This document shows positions 15,076-28,301 of a stretch of 64,000 nt of DNA, piece after piece. This DNA is from Octopus vulgaris (lineage: Eukaryota). Made by a program: the position numbers and the translations under genes. The notes under the pieces are model-generated. The model was given only the letters and a program-made list of their open reading frames with translations, was not told the origin of the DNA and did not search any database. Every line of letters starts with the position of its first letter. The stretch's first letter is position 1. Location of the stretch: contig OX597815.1 of NCBI GenBank assembly GCA_951406725.2, positions 142,724,001-142,788,000 of the forward strand, written 5' to 3'.

Positions 15076-16665
15076 TTTATATGTACAAATAGAACTAAAA
15101 GAAATTAGTGATAGGAAAGTGTGAATAAAGCAGTTCATTACACAATAAATAAATACTATTATACCTTGTCGTCTACGTTGTCGTTGGTTTATTTTTTTGC
15201 TGTTTGGTGTACATTCTGTTTGAATGAATAAGTACATTCATACAATATCCCTTTAATTGTACCAATTGTAACGGAACAATGGCAGAGAAGAGAGGTAACA
15301 ACTGTTATTTAGTAATATTATTAGCACATACAGTGGACAAAGATGGATTTCACCTAACTGCCATAAACATCAAACCTATTCAAGTGTTTTCAATGCGCAC
15401 TTCTCTCAGTAGATTAAGAGAAATGTTAACTTTCTATGTCTTTTTTACTACTGATTCATTCTTCTTTGCATAAAATCACACGATTGCTTACAGATATTTG
15501 GCGTAATAAGAAGTAGTATAGTTTTCCAATTTCTATGGAGTCGAATGAAGATCTCCAAAAATTTACTGAAGACATAATATCCATAATACATAATATCCAT
15601 TCAAATATTGATATGTTATTGTATTATTTTATAAATAATTTATCGAATGTGAGAAAGAAGGCATTCTTCAAAAATAAAGGAAATCGGCTGCAACACTCTG
15701 GTTCTAAATGTATATAGCCACTCGAATACAAATGCAGTACTTTCGATAGAGAATATTTGGTAAGTTACTTGAGCTCTAACTACTGTTTCCGCAAACCGAA
15801 TCTTTTTAAATTTATGCAGACGATAAAGCATTATCGTTTTAAAGCCTGAACTAGACCGTCATTCAGCTAGACACATTAGTCACATAACTGCCTTTGTCAT
15901 GAAACATTTTTAAGAACAGAAAAATTAAGTTGTGAATGTGCTTTTCTCCTTCGATGTCAATATCCTGCCACGATCAATTTAGAACGAAAGTCCTTTGGTC
16001 TAATTGATGACAAAGTGTTTTCTTGGCCCCCAAATTTCGTCATCAGTTTTTTACAAGCAATATCTTTTCCATATTCAGATATATACATGTGATGTGATAC
16101 TTCGACAGAACATAAGCGCATAATGTACCTCATAAAGACTGTCAGTGAAATATTTTCGTCTTACCCGTTTGCTCGACCAACACTCAAATTAATATAATTA
16201 TAATCTATTTGAACCAGTATTTAGAAATACCGTGAGCTAGAAACAGCATCGCATATCAAATAGCCAATCCATATTGCCATGTCAAAAGATCTCTTGCTAG
16301 CTTTTTGTTACCAGATGCAAGATTTGACCATTGATACTATATCGACCTCTTTTCATATTCTCATTGACATACTTGCCTAGATAAGCATTTTCTATAGCAC
16401 ACGATCATAGCGCAATCAGTTTTCAAACTTTATTGGATTTCTAGGTATGACACACTATTGCAACTGGAGACGACAATTCAAGTCACAGTTATTTTAGGAA
16501 GGAACACAATTATTAGGTTATACTGAAACCTGCACTAACATTATTTGTTATGACAAAATACGACGGTTTTAAAACCTATTGGGATTCTTTGCACTAAGAA
16601 AATTTAAGGGATGCAGGCTACAGTTAATTTTCAGAGTGTCAAATATTAATGAAATGAAATATATA

Positions 16666-16722
16666 TTTTTTTTTATCTAGTTTCAGCTCACGAGCTGTGG
16701 CCATGCTGGGGCACCGCCATTT
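16666..16722 (-). mobile_element. Orphan ~55-nt retroposon tail (aaatggcggtgccccagcatggccacagctcgtgagctgaaactag + A-rich tail)
   Basis: Near-identical copy on the + strand at 31813-31880. Resembles the ggcggtgctccagcatgg tail of SINEs elsewhere in the window. Confidence 0.7.
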
Positions 16723-18109
16723 CTCAGACAAGTTTTTCTATTTACATTTAAATTCCATTAGTGAAACTAGTCAATCATATTTAGTGCATATTGCTTTGTA
16801 CACGCGAGGACTGAGTCGATCCTTTTGAAGTCAAAGGGAAATGATTTATGCATCGTCATGTTTCGAATTTTAGGAGAGCTCGTTTGCGATTAAATCAACG
16901 ACAGTGAACTCCGAAATCGTACATTTTATGTCACTTACTAAAGTTCTATAAGCGAATTTTCTTTTTATGTAAAATTTGGATATTACATCTGACTTATAAT
17001 ATATTTATTATTACACCACATTACATTTTGAGCATTCTTCATACTGAATGCACTTTCATCCATGTCTTCTACACTACATAGCTGTAAACAATAGCTGTAT
17101 TTAGTCTTGCAGTAGGCATTAGTATTTTTGTACTATATTCTAACATAAGTTTTGTGATGTTGTATACATATTATTTAAACATGCTATATTTCTTTACGTG
17201 CTCATTCCTTATTTGGAAAGTTTCATGATTACTTTTCTTATTTTCTGTAGGAAATTTATTTGCAGTATCCGTAATATCTGTTTCTTGGATAAAATTCAGG
17301 CTTGGAAATAAATAGGAAGCTTTCTTAAATCAGGAGGCTACTATCTAAAAGCTAGGCAGGAATGCTATTGTAAACAAATTGTTGAAATAGTATAAATAAA
17401 AGAAACATACCTAATTTTTTTTATATTTTCGATGAATTTATTTTGCTTTATAACGCAAAGAAATAGAAATCATATATAAGGGTGTATCACAGACAAAGAT
17501 AGAGAGAGAGGAAGAGAGATTAAGAGAAAGAGAGAATGCGTGTGTATGTAAGAATATGTGTCTAACTTAAGGTATGATAATCGTGTGTGTGTACGTATAG
17601 AGAAACATTCTTTCGTATTAAATGCGTAAATTACTCCTACATTGAATGGAGACTGACATTGAAGCTGAATCAATGTAAAATGGAAAAGAAATTTTTTTAT
17701 GAATTAAATACATAGCAAACTTCTAAGATATCTCGAATTTACACTAAAATGTGAAATAAATGTATAAATACACATATCTACAATCTGATAAAATTTCAGT
17801 GATTTCTCATTTAAAGGTTTTCAGTTTCGATGTTCTTGAATTAAGTCGTATGTAAAATACTTTAAAAATTCCGCTCTCCTTATTGTTATTGTTGTGAGTA
17901 GTAGCAGTTGTGGTGGTGGTCTTTTCAACATGTACAAATCCTCCAGTAGGTATAGAGAAGCAAAACAATATATCGTTCACTTGATAACAATGGCACTCTT
18001 CTTTTTTTTTCTTGCTTCTGTATACGTACTAGAGGAGTTACCTCAATCCTATATATTATTAATCCTATATATCATGAAACCTGGAGGAATGAATAAAATG
18101 AGTGATGTG

Positions 18110-18275
18110 AATTGCATCAGAAATCATAACATTTATGCAAGAGGTGGAACATGTAAAGATTCCCATTTGGTGTACGCTGCAGAATGCACGAAACACAATT
18201 TACGTTGGTTGTACAACAGAACAATTAAACAAAAGGTTTAATGGGCGCAGATTCGATGTCAGACAAAATAACAGT
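18110..18275 (+). mobile_element. Penelope-like element GIY-YIG endonuclease remnant
   Basis: GGTCKDSHLVYAAECTKHNL..., then a frameshift to RFNGRRFDVRQN. Matches the PLE pattern TCxxxxxVYxxxC...RFxxH. Confidence 0.65.
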
Positions 18276-18400
18276 TCTCAATTCCAATAAGGTATTTGAA
18301 ACGGAATGCTGACCTACCTACAGAAATTCGCATTTATTACACTAGACAAATGAATGTCTATAGACCCGCACGTATACATGTGTATGTATTTTGTCTATTT

Positions 18401-18700
18401 TGTTTGTTCCTTCTCGAGCCATGCCTGGCTCATAAGGGCCGGTTTCCCGGTTTCTTGGCGTATAGGTTCCCCACCTGGACGGGACGCCGGTCCGTCGCAG
18501 GTGAGCTGCAAGATGCAGGAGGAAAGAGTGAGAGAAAGTTATGGCGAAAGAGTCAGCAGAAGGTCGCCATTACCTTCTGCCGGAGCCGCGTGGAGCTTAG
18601 GTGTTTCGCTCATAAACACACACATCGCCCGGTCTGAGATTCGAACCCGCGATCCCTCGACCGCAAGCCCGCTGCTCTAACCACTAGGCCATGTGCCTCT
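18401..18700 (-). mobile_element. Full-length tRNA(Arg)-like-headed SINE (octopus OR-type, CORE/V-like 3' part)
   Basis: Minus strand starts gaggcacatggcctagtggttagagcagc (A box) ... gggttcgaatctc (B box). Body has cctgcgacggaccggcgtcccgtccagg...gaaaccggg. 13-bp TSD attttg(t/c)ctattt at 18388-18400 and 18703-18715. Confidence 0.9.
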
Positions 18701-19291
18701 ACATTTTGCCTATTTAAAGGTTATCGTAAGCATTTTATATCGAGGATATAAAAAGTAGTCGTTCTGTTATCCGATGTATATCTAACGTATTGAATCTATT
18801 GATAGAAACTTATAAGAATATACATTATATTATGTTTACAGCTTCATGAATAAATTTCGATAATAATCTGTACTCAACTACAACTTCATACTGTAAATAA
18901 CTCAATATCGAGCGTATGATATAATCACGGAATTCCTCCTAGAGTAAAACTCATATTAATTCTTGTCATATATTTTGACATATTATATTAATAAGTTTAC
19001 ATTTCCCATCATGAGTCATATTTCAAGTTCATAGGTTATTAAAAAGCTCAAATATATGAAATAATTTAAAGTGTATGCACATACACACGCGCATACACAC
19101 ATAAATACAAGTTATGTTATAATATACCAACTCATTCTCACATGAGATTTTACATAATTATTCTTATAAATATATGCATAATCGCATGCATGTTATAGAC
19201 ACACACACATACACTTGTACGTATAAAGAGAGACACAGATTTATGTGTGTGTATGTGCATATATATATGTATGTGTGTGTGTGTATGTATG

Positions 19292-19345
<54 letters not shown>

Positions 19346-19716
19346 GGCATACATATATAAATACATATATGTACGTTTGGGTGTGTGCGCGCGCATATCT
19401 AATCATTAAAAAGCAAACAATAAATTTCTATATTAAATAAGTTTGATTTTCTTCGGAAGCAGAAATATAGTCATATATTGCATTTTATATAATTTCATAC
19501 AAATTGGCAAACATCAAACTTTTTAATTGAAAATTGTCTCATTACATATATTACAGGAAATACTATACTGTCCTACCTAAGGTATGATGTAGTATTACAC
19601 TATAAAATGGTAGCCAACACTATGTATAGATGTATGGACCTTGTCTTTGAAATCGCAACCAGTATGGTTTATGTAAAGCCAAATCTACCGGTGATCTATC
19701 TTAGGTCGTTCACGAA

Positions 19717-19938
19717 TAAGGCGGTTAGCTGGCAGAATCGTTACCGCATCGGGAAAATACCTAGCGGCATTTCTTCCGACTTTACGTTCTGAGTTCAAAT
19801 GCCGCCGAGGCGGGTTCGTCTTTACTTTGCATCCTATCAGGGTCGATACAATAAGGAACAGTTGAGCTCTGGTGTTTATGTTGTCGACTTGTCCCCGCCC
19901 CACGAATTTGTTGGCCTTGTGCTAAGAAATTTGGAACC
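19717..19938 (+). mobile_element. tRNA-derived SINE with Meta-domain-like core
   Basis: taaggcggttagctggcagaatcgtt...ttctgagttcaaatgccgccgagg...tttgcatcctatcagggtcgata. Same family at 23405, 27562, 39265, 39886 and 43505. Confidence 0.8.
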
Positions 19939-22264
19939 ATTAAGTCACTCACGAGTGGGTTCTCGTGTAGGAGAAATTTCTTGAAATCAACGTAGGCACC
20001 CTTAGTAAAGCTTTTGTCTTTATTCAGATGCAAATCTTTTATTGATGCCTCCTGCGTATGGGTTACACAAAACACTCATCTCTGAGAACAGTAGCTTCCT
20101 CCCAGCCTGCGCTCTCGCAGCATCTTGACAGATTACCTTTTCTTTTCCTTACCCTGTTTATTCCAGTTTGCCCTTGGATTCAGATTTGTCCTCCACACTT
20201 TTAATTGAATCCTAATTTCCCTCAAGTATACATCACTCGTAGCAATCTAGACACTGCAAAATATTCTCCCTCCGATCACCTGAGTCGGGTCCTTGAAACT
20301 ATCCTCAAATAATAAACGCTAGCTTTGTCTCTTTCGACAGTAATTAAACACAAACATTACTCATTTCAGTAAAACATTGTCACACTATACTCGCCTTTGA
20401 TATGAGCATGCGACTAGAAAACCTATGATTGCTCCATTTCTTGAACTCTACTATCGCTGGTGATCTCTTCCAGCAAAAGCACATTCTTGCTATATTTAGG
20501 ACTGAATCAAGAGGATTCACGTTTCTGCTCAAAGTCATTAATCACTTCGACCCTCTATAACTATTATGCCTCAACAAATTATAGCTGAGGCTCTCAACAG
20601 AGCATTGCTCAAAAGAACAGCACGATGTTGCATTAACACACATAGAGTTCCTAATTTGTATCAATGAAATAACCACTCGGCTGACTGACATGAATTCATT
20701 CAGAGTAATCCTACAGTACATAGATGACAGTTGCACTGCTTCTCATGTTCACACAACTAAATGGCCGCTTTCCATCGAAGACAGCTGTGTTCGTGCTACA
20801 TCCCAGTCATTCTGAACACAGTCGTCTCTTCTCATGTGGTGACCGATATTGCACTCAACCCCAGGATCTGCTCTCACCATTATGCCCAGTCAATCCTAAG
20901 AATACCCGTTGTCACGTACACTTTAAATATCATCAACTGGAAATAGAATGACATCAAGACTCTGGACACCGAGAGAGAATGGTCCTGATTAGAAAGAAGA
21001 TGCGTCATCTGTAAGCAGTCACAGACAGGTTGTACTCTGCAAAAGTTTTAGAAAGACGTTCACTAGTTTGGCTGGAACTGAGATTGAAGGCTAACAATAT
21101 TAGGCTGGACGCATATCTATTAAAACTACAAGACTTATGGGGCATGAGAACAAGTTAATGCATAAAATGTAGCCTAAATAGATAAAGCAAACAGAAAGGG
21201 TTGAAGTGAAAACACACAGAGGCTCACGAACATTGAATTGAGATCAGGGACGACAAGAGTACAACTAATCCCAACTCAAGGTCACAACCAGATCCTATAA
21301 CCATTGCATCACCAAGGATGGATCAGATAAACAATGGAAACACTTTCATCATATCATCGACGCCCACCACAGACTTTGTTCCCCGTAGACACTGGAACAA
21401 GAAACAAAGCCTATCCTACCTTGTGAAAATTGGCTTTTGAGTCAGTTCTCCCGAGAGTCTGAGCCGATAGTCAGCTTCACTGCCATTACGATAGTACCTA
21501 TTTGGCATGACTTAAAAGTTAGTCTTCCTGAGACACTGCACGAGTACATGTAGTACGGTTTCATCTCTTCGCGCACACCTCAGCATGTCTTGCCTTGCGA
21601 CACTTTCGTAACTGTAGGGTTCATTTCGAACCTACAATACACTACTTCAGGCATCACTGACAGACCGAGGATTTCTCGAAGTTATCGAAATAATCTTCGG
21701 TCCGATATTCTATCGTCACAAATCAGATAATTTGTACGCATCAACATCAAGAAATCGAGCTCTCTAACCATTTATAGTCTATGCATTGCTAAAGTGAAAA
21801 TCCCACCTCTTTTACTGGCCGATTTAAGAGCATTAAGCAGCCGATGACACATGAGATACCGGGCGCCTGAATATTGCTCACAACTTCTATATTTCGATAA
21901 TGGCAACATATTTGTCGTTCATAATTTTCAAAAAGAAATACAATCTTCTAAATTCTGGCACCAAATTATGTGAAATTCTTTCTCCAGTGTTCCTATGATT
22001 TAATTAGGTTGCAAACTATTCAGTAGAAAATGGTAAAGACTATATATGCATGATATATAGAAATAGATCTATTTTGAAATGCAAAATGACATAACATCAG
22101 GGAATAGTAATTGGTTATTTATGACTGTATATCATTCAAAATAGACTGACAGTCACTGTGAAGTAATTTCATAAAAAATAAACATTGAAAGCTAAATAAA
22201 ACTTAAATATACATATCAAGCACATCAAGCACACGCGCACAGACACACTTGTGTATGCACATCA

Positions 22265-22288
22265 TATATATATATATATATATATATA

Positions 22289-22379
<91 letters not shown>

Positions 22380-22405
22380 GTGTGTGTGTGTATGTTTGTG
22401 TGTGT
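22265..22405. repeat. (TA)n-(TG)n microsatellite
   Basis: Directly visible. Confidence 0.95.
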
Positions 22406-22410
22406 AATGC

Positions 22411-22478
22411 AGGCGTGACTATGTAGTAAGAAGTTCTGTTCGCAGCCACATGGTCTCGGGTTCAGTCCAACTGCGTGA
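22411..22478 (+). mobile_element. tRNA-derived SINE head (same family as 29056-29552)
   Basis: aggcgtgactatgtagtaagaag...ccacatggtctcgggttcagtccaactgcgtg aligns by eye with 29056-29125. Confidence 0.75.
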
Positions 22479-22513
22479 TTTAGTAAGATGAAAGTAAAAG
22501 AATATATGAATAT

Positions 22514-22532
22514 ATATTTCTTTACTACCCAC
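22514..22532 (-). mobile_element. ~19-nt extreme 5'-truncated Tx1-like insertion with 16-bp TSD
   Basis: Minus strand gtgggtagtaaagaaatat resembles the Tx1 3' terminus at 2268-2285 (gtggccaataaagaaaat). Flanked by the exact direct repeat aagaatatatgaatat at 22498-22513 and 22533-22548. Confidence 0.55.
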
Positions 22533-22554
22533 AAGAATATATGAATATCTTCAA

Positions 22555-22800
22555 CCATTAGACTGCAGCCATGCTGGAGCACCGCTTTAAATCGAACAAA
22601 TCAACACCAGGACTTATTTCTTTGTAAGCCGAATACTTATTTTATGGGTTTCTTTCGCCGACTAGCTAAGTTACGTTACGTAAGCACACTAACATCGGTT
22701 GTCAAGTGATGGTGCAGTGACAAACGCAGACACATACATACATACATACACACATACATACACACACACACACACACACACTCACACACATATATATATA
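22555..22800 (-). mobile_element. SINE 3' half (family of 29056-29552)
   Basis: Reverse complement contains cttacaaagaaataagtcctggtgttgatttgttcgatttaaagcggtgctccagcatggctgcagtc, the same tail as 29470-29550 and 23200-23290. Confidence 0.75.
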
Positions 22801-23122
22801 TAAAAATGAGCAACAAGTATATCCAGAGGTAATGCAGTACGGTCGTCTCAAGCAACTCCATTAAATTGAATAATGCATTCATTACATCAATTTAAAGGCA
22901 TATCAATTCTCACGTGCATAACGACATATAAACAGATGGACACATTAGTATAATTTTACCTAAAACCTCCAACAAGGTAAGGAGATAGAGAAAGAACATG
23001 CTGTATTCACTTCAGCGTAGAAGCTCCTAAAGTATTAGGAAGAAAGGCTTGTTAGAGATCTAGCTTGTAACTGTTTTTTGGGGGTCAGTTTTAATTTTTT
23101 TTTGTGAACTCTCTCTCCCCCT

Positions 23123-23175
<53 letters not shown>

Positions 23176-23404
23176 GTGTGTCCTTGTTTGTCCAACCAAT
23201 GGCGATTTGTTCGAATAAAACACTTTAAGGCAGTGCTCCAGTATGTCAAGAAGCAGATGACTGAAACGTCTAAAACAGTAAAAAATAAAAGACCACACAC
23301 ACGCACACACATATGACGTTGGTATTTTGTCAAAATGTCGTATGTCCAAATATGGCCAAATGCGTATTTGTTTGGTTTTTTTTTTTTTTTTCAGTATTCA
23401 TTTT

Positions 23405-23570
23405 TAAGGCAGCAAGCTGACAGAAACGTTAGCACGCCGGGCAAAATGCTTGGTGGTGTTTCGTCTGTCGACTTTACCATTCATCCTTTCAGGGTCTATA
23501 AATTACGTACCAGTTGGTACTGGCACCGATTTAATCGACTGGACCCTCACCAAAAATGTCAGTCCTTGTC
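23405..23570 (+). mobile_element. Meta-domain-like tRNA SINE, internally deleted
   Basis: taaggcagcaagctgacagaaacgttagcacgccgggc...gactttaccattcatcctttcagggtc...gtaccagtt. Confidence 0.75.
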
Positions 23571-24031
23571 AACGTATAGTACAACGGTTTTGCTATGGAA
23601 TAATGGAAATATTTTTCGTTTTCTGAAAAAGCAACGTTTGGACATACGGCACTGTTGCTTAATAGCAACGATATATATATACATCACACACGAGACATTC
23701 TCGTTTTCAGTTTCTTCTCACAAGACATCCGCGCTCTAAACCCTGCTACCTATCCGAAGAAAAATAGATGGCCAGAATGTTATATATATTAATTCTTTAC
23801 ATTGCTCTGTCGGTATGCACACACACAGACACACACACATACACACACATACATACTTACATGTATGAGTGTATGTGCACATAGATGCACACCTGCAAGC
23901 ATACATACATGCATACATACATACATACATACATACATACATACATACATACATACATACATGCATACATACATGCATACATACATACATACATACATAC
24001 ATACATAAATGCATGCATGCATATATACATA

Positions 24032-25365
24032 TGTATCATATCAATCATATGAAGGCACTGTGAATAGAGATAGACTGACCCGAGAATATTACACCAGACT
24101 TAGGAAAATATGGCAGTCGGAACTCTCCTCTTATAACAAAACAATGTCCCACAATGCATTTGCAATACCAGTGGTGATCCCAATAATTGGGATACTTGAT
24201 TGGTTTGTAGAGGGAATCCACACCAAAGATATCAAAACTCACAAAATCCTGACAACAACTGGTAACTTCCACAGAAACAGTGATGTTAACAGGCTCTCTC
24301 TAAGAAGAAATGAAGGTGGTAGAAGCCTGAGATCAGTGCAGACGGCCTTCCAATGCCGTATGGTATCACTCAGGCAGCAATGCTAAACAACAGCAGCAAA
24401 AATACATATATTAATGCAGTGCTGAATAGTGAAGTGCGCAACATTGTATGCGTTGGCAGTGAACTCCTCAAGAAACACTCTCTTCCTGATAATACAGAAA
24501 AGACCCGGATGGAAAGCATTTAGCATACAAAAAAAAGACCATGCATAGGTATGTTTTGCTCGGAAGCTTGAAGAAAACAGTAGAACTGACACGAGGCGCC
24601 GCCTCTGTTAGACACAAGGCCACTACATCACATCACACTTTGAAGTCTATACGCTTGCAATCCAGGAACAAGAGATTGCCACACCGTACTTGATTAAAAA
24701 GAGACACAGTAATGCTCTTGTAATCCCAAGGTGCAACCACATGTGGAAGACATTACGAAAGTGATCAGCAAGCGGCACGGTGTTGTTGAAAAACAATTTA
24801 CAATGCCATCGGCAAAAAAGACTGTCCTGAATTAAACTTAGAATTTCTCTGTTATGGAAAGTATTCGTAAACACCAACTCAAAGAATACTAGTGGTATAT
24901 TCCTATCAAAACGTCTGTCAAATGTGGGCATAATAGGCTGGGTATTGTTGTTTGTGACAGAGCGGCAAAGTTATGTACCATTGTAGAGGTTAGCTGCCCT
25001 ACATATATAAATATCTCTTTGAAAATCAAAGAAAATCAAGATATCTATGGACAACTGCTTCTAAACATCTAACTTTTTTATCCAGGCTATGAATTCATGT
25101 TCATACCAATAATAATTGGAGCACTAGGTTTTGTTAGTAAATGCTTAAAGGAGAATGTGGATAAACTGAAAAAAATAATAACCGGCTGACCCGTATATTA
25201 CAGTTCAATCTATGAGTGGAACAATAAAAATATGCAAGAATATGCAAGTTAAAAATGTAAATTTGTCTTTGTTAATGATATCCCAAAGATGGAGCTTTGT
25301 ATCTTTTTTGGAAATCGGCTCGCTACTCAGTAGAAGATTTATAATAATTAAAAAAATAGAAGAGA
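24032..25365 (+). mobile_element. 5'-truncated R4/Dong-clade non-LTR retrotransposon (RT thumb to REL endonuclease), decayed
   Basis: EYYTRLRKIWQSELSSYNK...AFAIPV...GILDW...FHRNSDVNRLSLRRNEGGRSL, then AIQEQEIAT, IVEVSCP and IPIIIGALG (REL C-terminus). Candidate 16-bp TSD catgcatatatacata at 24016-24031 and 25366-25381 inside a (CATA)n tract. Confidence 0.9.
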
Positions 25366-25495
25366 CATGCATATATACATACATGCATACATACATGCAT
25401 ACATACATACATACATACATACATACATACATACATACATACATACATACATACATACATGCATACATACATACATACATACATACATACATACA

Positions 25496-25529
<34 letters not shown>

Positions 25530-25535
25530 CATACC

Positions 25536-25845
25536 TGTCTAAATACCATTCTTGAGAAATGAACATTCTGAAAACCTGTGGAACTGTAAAAATATGTTAT
25601 ACTTTCCAGAAACTTATCTTTTAAGTATATTTGAGCATGTCTAGATATGCAACTATATGAATGAGAAGACATACATAAAACAAAAGATAGAAATTTGCAC
25701 ACATGCATAAATACATACATACAAAAATACCCTGTTGTTCAATTCGAAATTCCGAAGAAGGAGCTTTTGATCTAGGTTAGAGGGCGGCTTTTTTATCTAT
25801 TGGCAAGGAATAAAACTGAATAATGAAATAAAACTGAATAATAAC
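25536..25845 (+). mobile_element. Second R4/Dong-like 3' end
   Basis: gtggaactgtaaaa parallels gtggaacaataaaaatatgcaag at 25217. The 3'UTR (gaaattccgaagaaggagcttttgatctagg...aaataaaactgaataa) resembles 25270-25360. Confidence 0.65.
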
Positions 25846-25856
25846 ATAGACAGACG

Positions 25857-25943
<87 letters not shown>

Positions 25944-26064
25944 GCATATATACATACATATATACATATGTACGTACATACGTACATACACACACTTAAA
26001 TACATGCATACATACAAACATACATACATACATAGATACGTACATACATACATGCATACATACA

Positions 26065-26180
26065 TACATATAAAAATAGCCTGTTGTTAATAGTGAAATT
26101 CCCATAAAGGAGGCTTGAATCTAGGTCAGATACAGGCTTTTTCCCTATTGGCAAAAAATCTTGAAATAAAACTGAATGAC
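26065..26180 (+). mobile_element. Third R4/Dong-like 3'UTR fragment
   Basis: aaaaatagcctgttgtt...aaggaggcttgaatctagg...tattggcaa...gaaataaaactgaat aligns with 25723-25845. Confidence 0.65.
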
Positions 26181-26217
26181 ACACACGTACACACACACAT
26201 ACACACACACAGACACA

Positions 26218-26265
<48 letters not shown>

Positions 26266-26899
26266 AACATACCTTATTATTACTATGTACTTGTGTTATC
26301 TACTCTGGAGCGTTGAAAGTCTAAATGACGTTCGGTGTTCAGAAGTTACAAGTTACATTAATGTTTAGTATTAACCAATACTTATATATGTAAGCTCGCC
26401 GACATACACAAGAGAGGCGCACAAACAATTTCCGCACACATACGCATACATACGCAAGAATAAACAGCCACACATAGCATATACTACACACAAGCGTTTA
26501 CATACACACATATCTGAAAAGCCTCACAGAGACATATGTTACACAGCCTCACACATTCGCAGACATGTACTCACGTCCATATACACGCACACATAATACA
26601 AGGAGCACACACGCTCACATCACTCCACACAGCACGCTTACTTATTTACACATACGTACGCATACACTCGGTCAAATAATCTTCCTTAACGTTCTGATGC
26701 TTCCCCCCCACACACACACGCACACTCACTCTCTCTCTCTCATGAACACGCACTCACCCACACACACATATACACTCCTACACCTTATCCTAACGTACAT
26801 AGAACATTTGCGTTCAAACTTTAGCCAGTATACTGTTGTCTCCCTTTCCACCAACCTACAGCCTGCCGGCCATTTCAAGTTGTTACCTCCTTAATCCAG

Positions 26900-27060
26900 A
26901 GACATTTTTCATTCTTCGTTTTCATCCTCCTCTCCATTGTTTGCTGCCCTTTTTTCTTTCTGTAGAAAGTAGTGTCCCGAAACGTCGGGGACTTTTCCCA
27001 TTTTAATGAGCGTCAAAGTAATACATCATGTTTGTTATTTTTATCTGCTTTCTCTTGCTT
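26900..27060 (+). mobile_element. Decayed Penelope pLTR-like fragment with hammerhead-like remnant
   Basis: tttctgtagaaagtagtgtcccgaaacgtcggggacttttccc...gagcgtcaaagtaataca aligns with the reverse complement of 51215-51360. Confidence 0.5.
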
Positions 27061-27561
27061 ATTGCAGTCTTTAGGCTGCGACCATTCTTGGGCACCACCT
27101 TGAAGAATTGTTATCTAACATATCGACACATCTACTTGACTTTTCTTTAAGCCTGTTTATCATGGGAGGCTGAACCATCTTAGACTTTCCCATGGCGAAC
27201 GTATATTATACGGTTCTTTATACGTTTAAGATTTCTCATTTACTACAGCCATTGATGAATATTAAATTTTAATGGGAAAGTATACGTTCTAACCCAACAA
27301 GAAAGTTGGTGTATAAAAGTTGATAAAATATATTCTGAGACTGGGGTAAAGAAGGACGTCAATTTCTTAGACTTTTATGACATAAAGAAATGAGGCCCTA
27401 GATCGATAGTTCTTGGCAAGGCCTCCGAGATATTTGCGTAAGAGTAGGAAGAAACCCCGTGCAAGATATCTTAGACAGGATACCTGACAGGAAGGCTTCC
27501 CAAAAAATTTAGTCGTCCCTAAAGACAGTCGTAATCCAGATAATAATATCAGACTGTTACA

Positions 27562-27872
27562 AAGGGCAGCGAGCTGCTAGATTCGTTAGCACGCTGGGCA
27601 AAATGCTTAGCGGCATTTCGTCTGTCTTTACGTTCTGAGTTCAACTTCAGCCGACGTCAACTTAAATTTTCATCCTCCGGGGTTCGTAAATTAAGTACCT
27701 ATCTCGAGGCATTCCACCTGTCTTTACTTTCTGTGTTCAAATGCCACAAGTCTCGGCTTTGACTTTCAACATTTCGGGATCGATAAAATAAGTAACAATT
27801 GATCACTGGGACCGATATAATGGACATAATCCCTCCCCAGTAATCTCCGACCTAGCTCCAAAATTTGAAACC
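27562..27872 (+). mobile_element. Meta-domain-like tRNA SINE with internal tandem duplication
   Basis: The B-box/core block (ggcatt...tctttac.ttctg.gttcaa...aagta) occurs twice, at about 27612-27700 and 27708-27795. Confidence 0.75.
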
Positions 27873-28215
27873 AACATATGACATTTACAGGCGACAGGAC
27901 GCAGTATCTCACCCTTAAATCTACGCTGTGATAGAAGGCACTTGCCGAAAATTCCGGACAGTGCGTACTGCACGATGCGATCGGGACTGAAACCATGCGA
28001 TTTCAAAGAAACACCGTAGAAACTACGTAGCCTTGTTTGCTTAACAAACCGCAGTATAGAAGGAAGTGTAATATTTCATGTGTGACGACAGAGTTCAACT
28101 GGAATCAACATATGCCTTTATATAAGAATATAAGTGTAAATATATAATCCCCCACACATGTATGTCTGTATATATGTGTGTGCGTGAATTTGTATATATA
28201 TTTGCTTTTACATAT

Positions 28216-28301
<86 letters not shown>

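Noticed and set aside
18625-18700. tRNA-Arg-like sequences (also 40123-40197) as tRNA genes
   Set aside because: They continue into SINE bodies and are bounded by TSDs, so they are SINE heads.
20080-21460. Possible RTE-like LINE debris (also 6180-7160, 34960-35350, 40560-40860, 44660-44940)
   Set aside because: The composition suggests old TE coding sequence, but I could not read a diagnostic motif with confidence. It needs RepeatMasker or TBLASTN.
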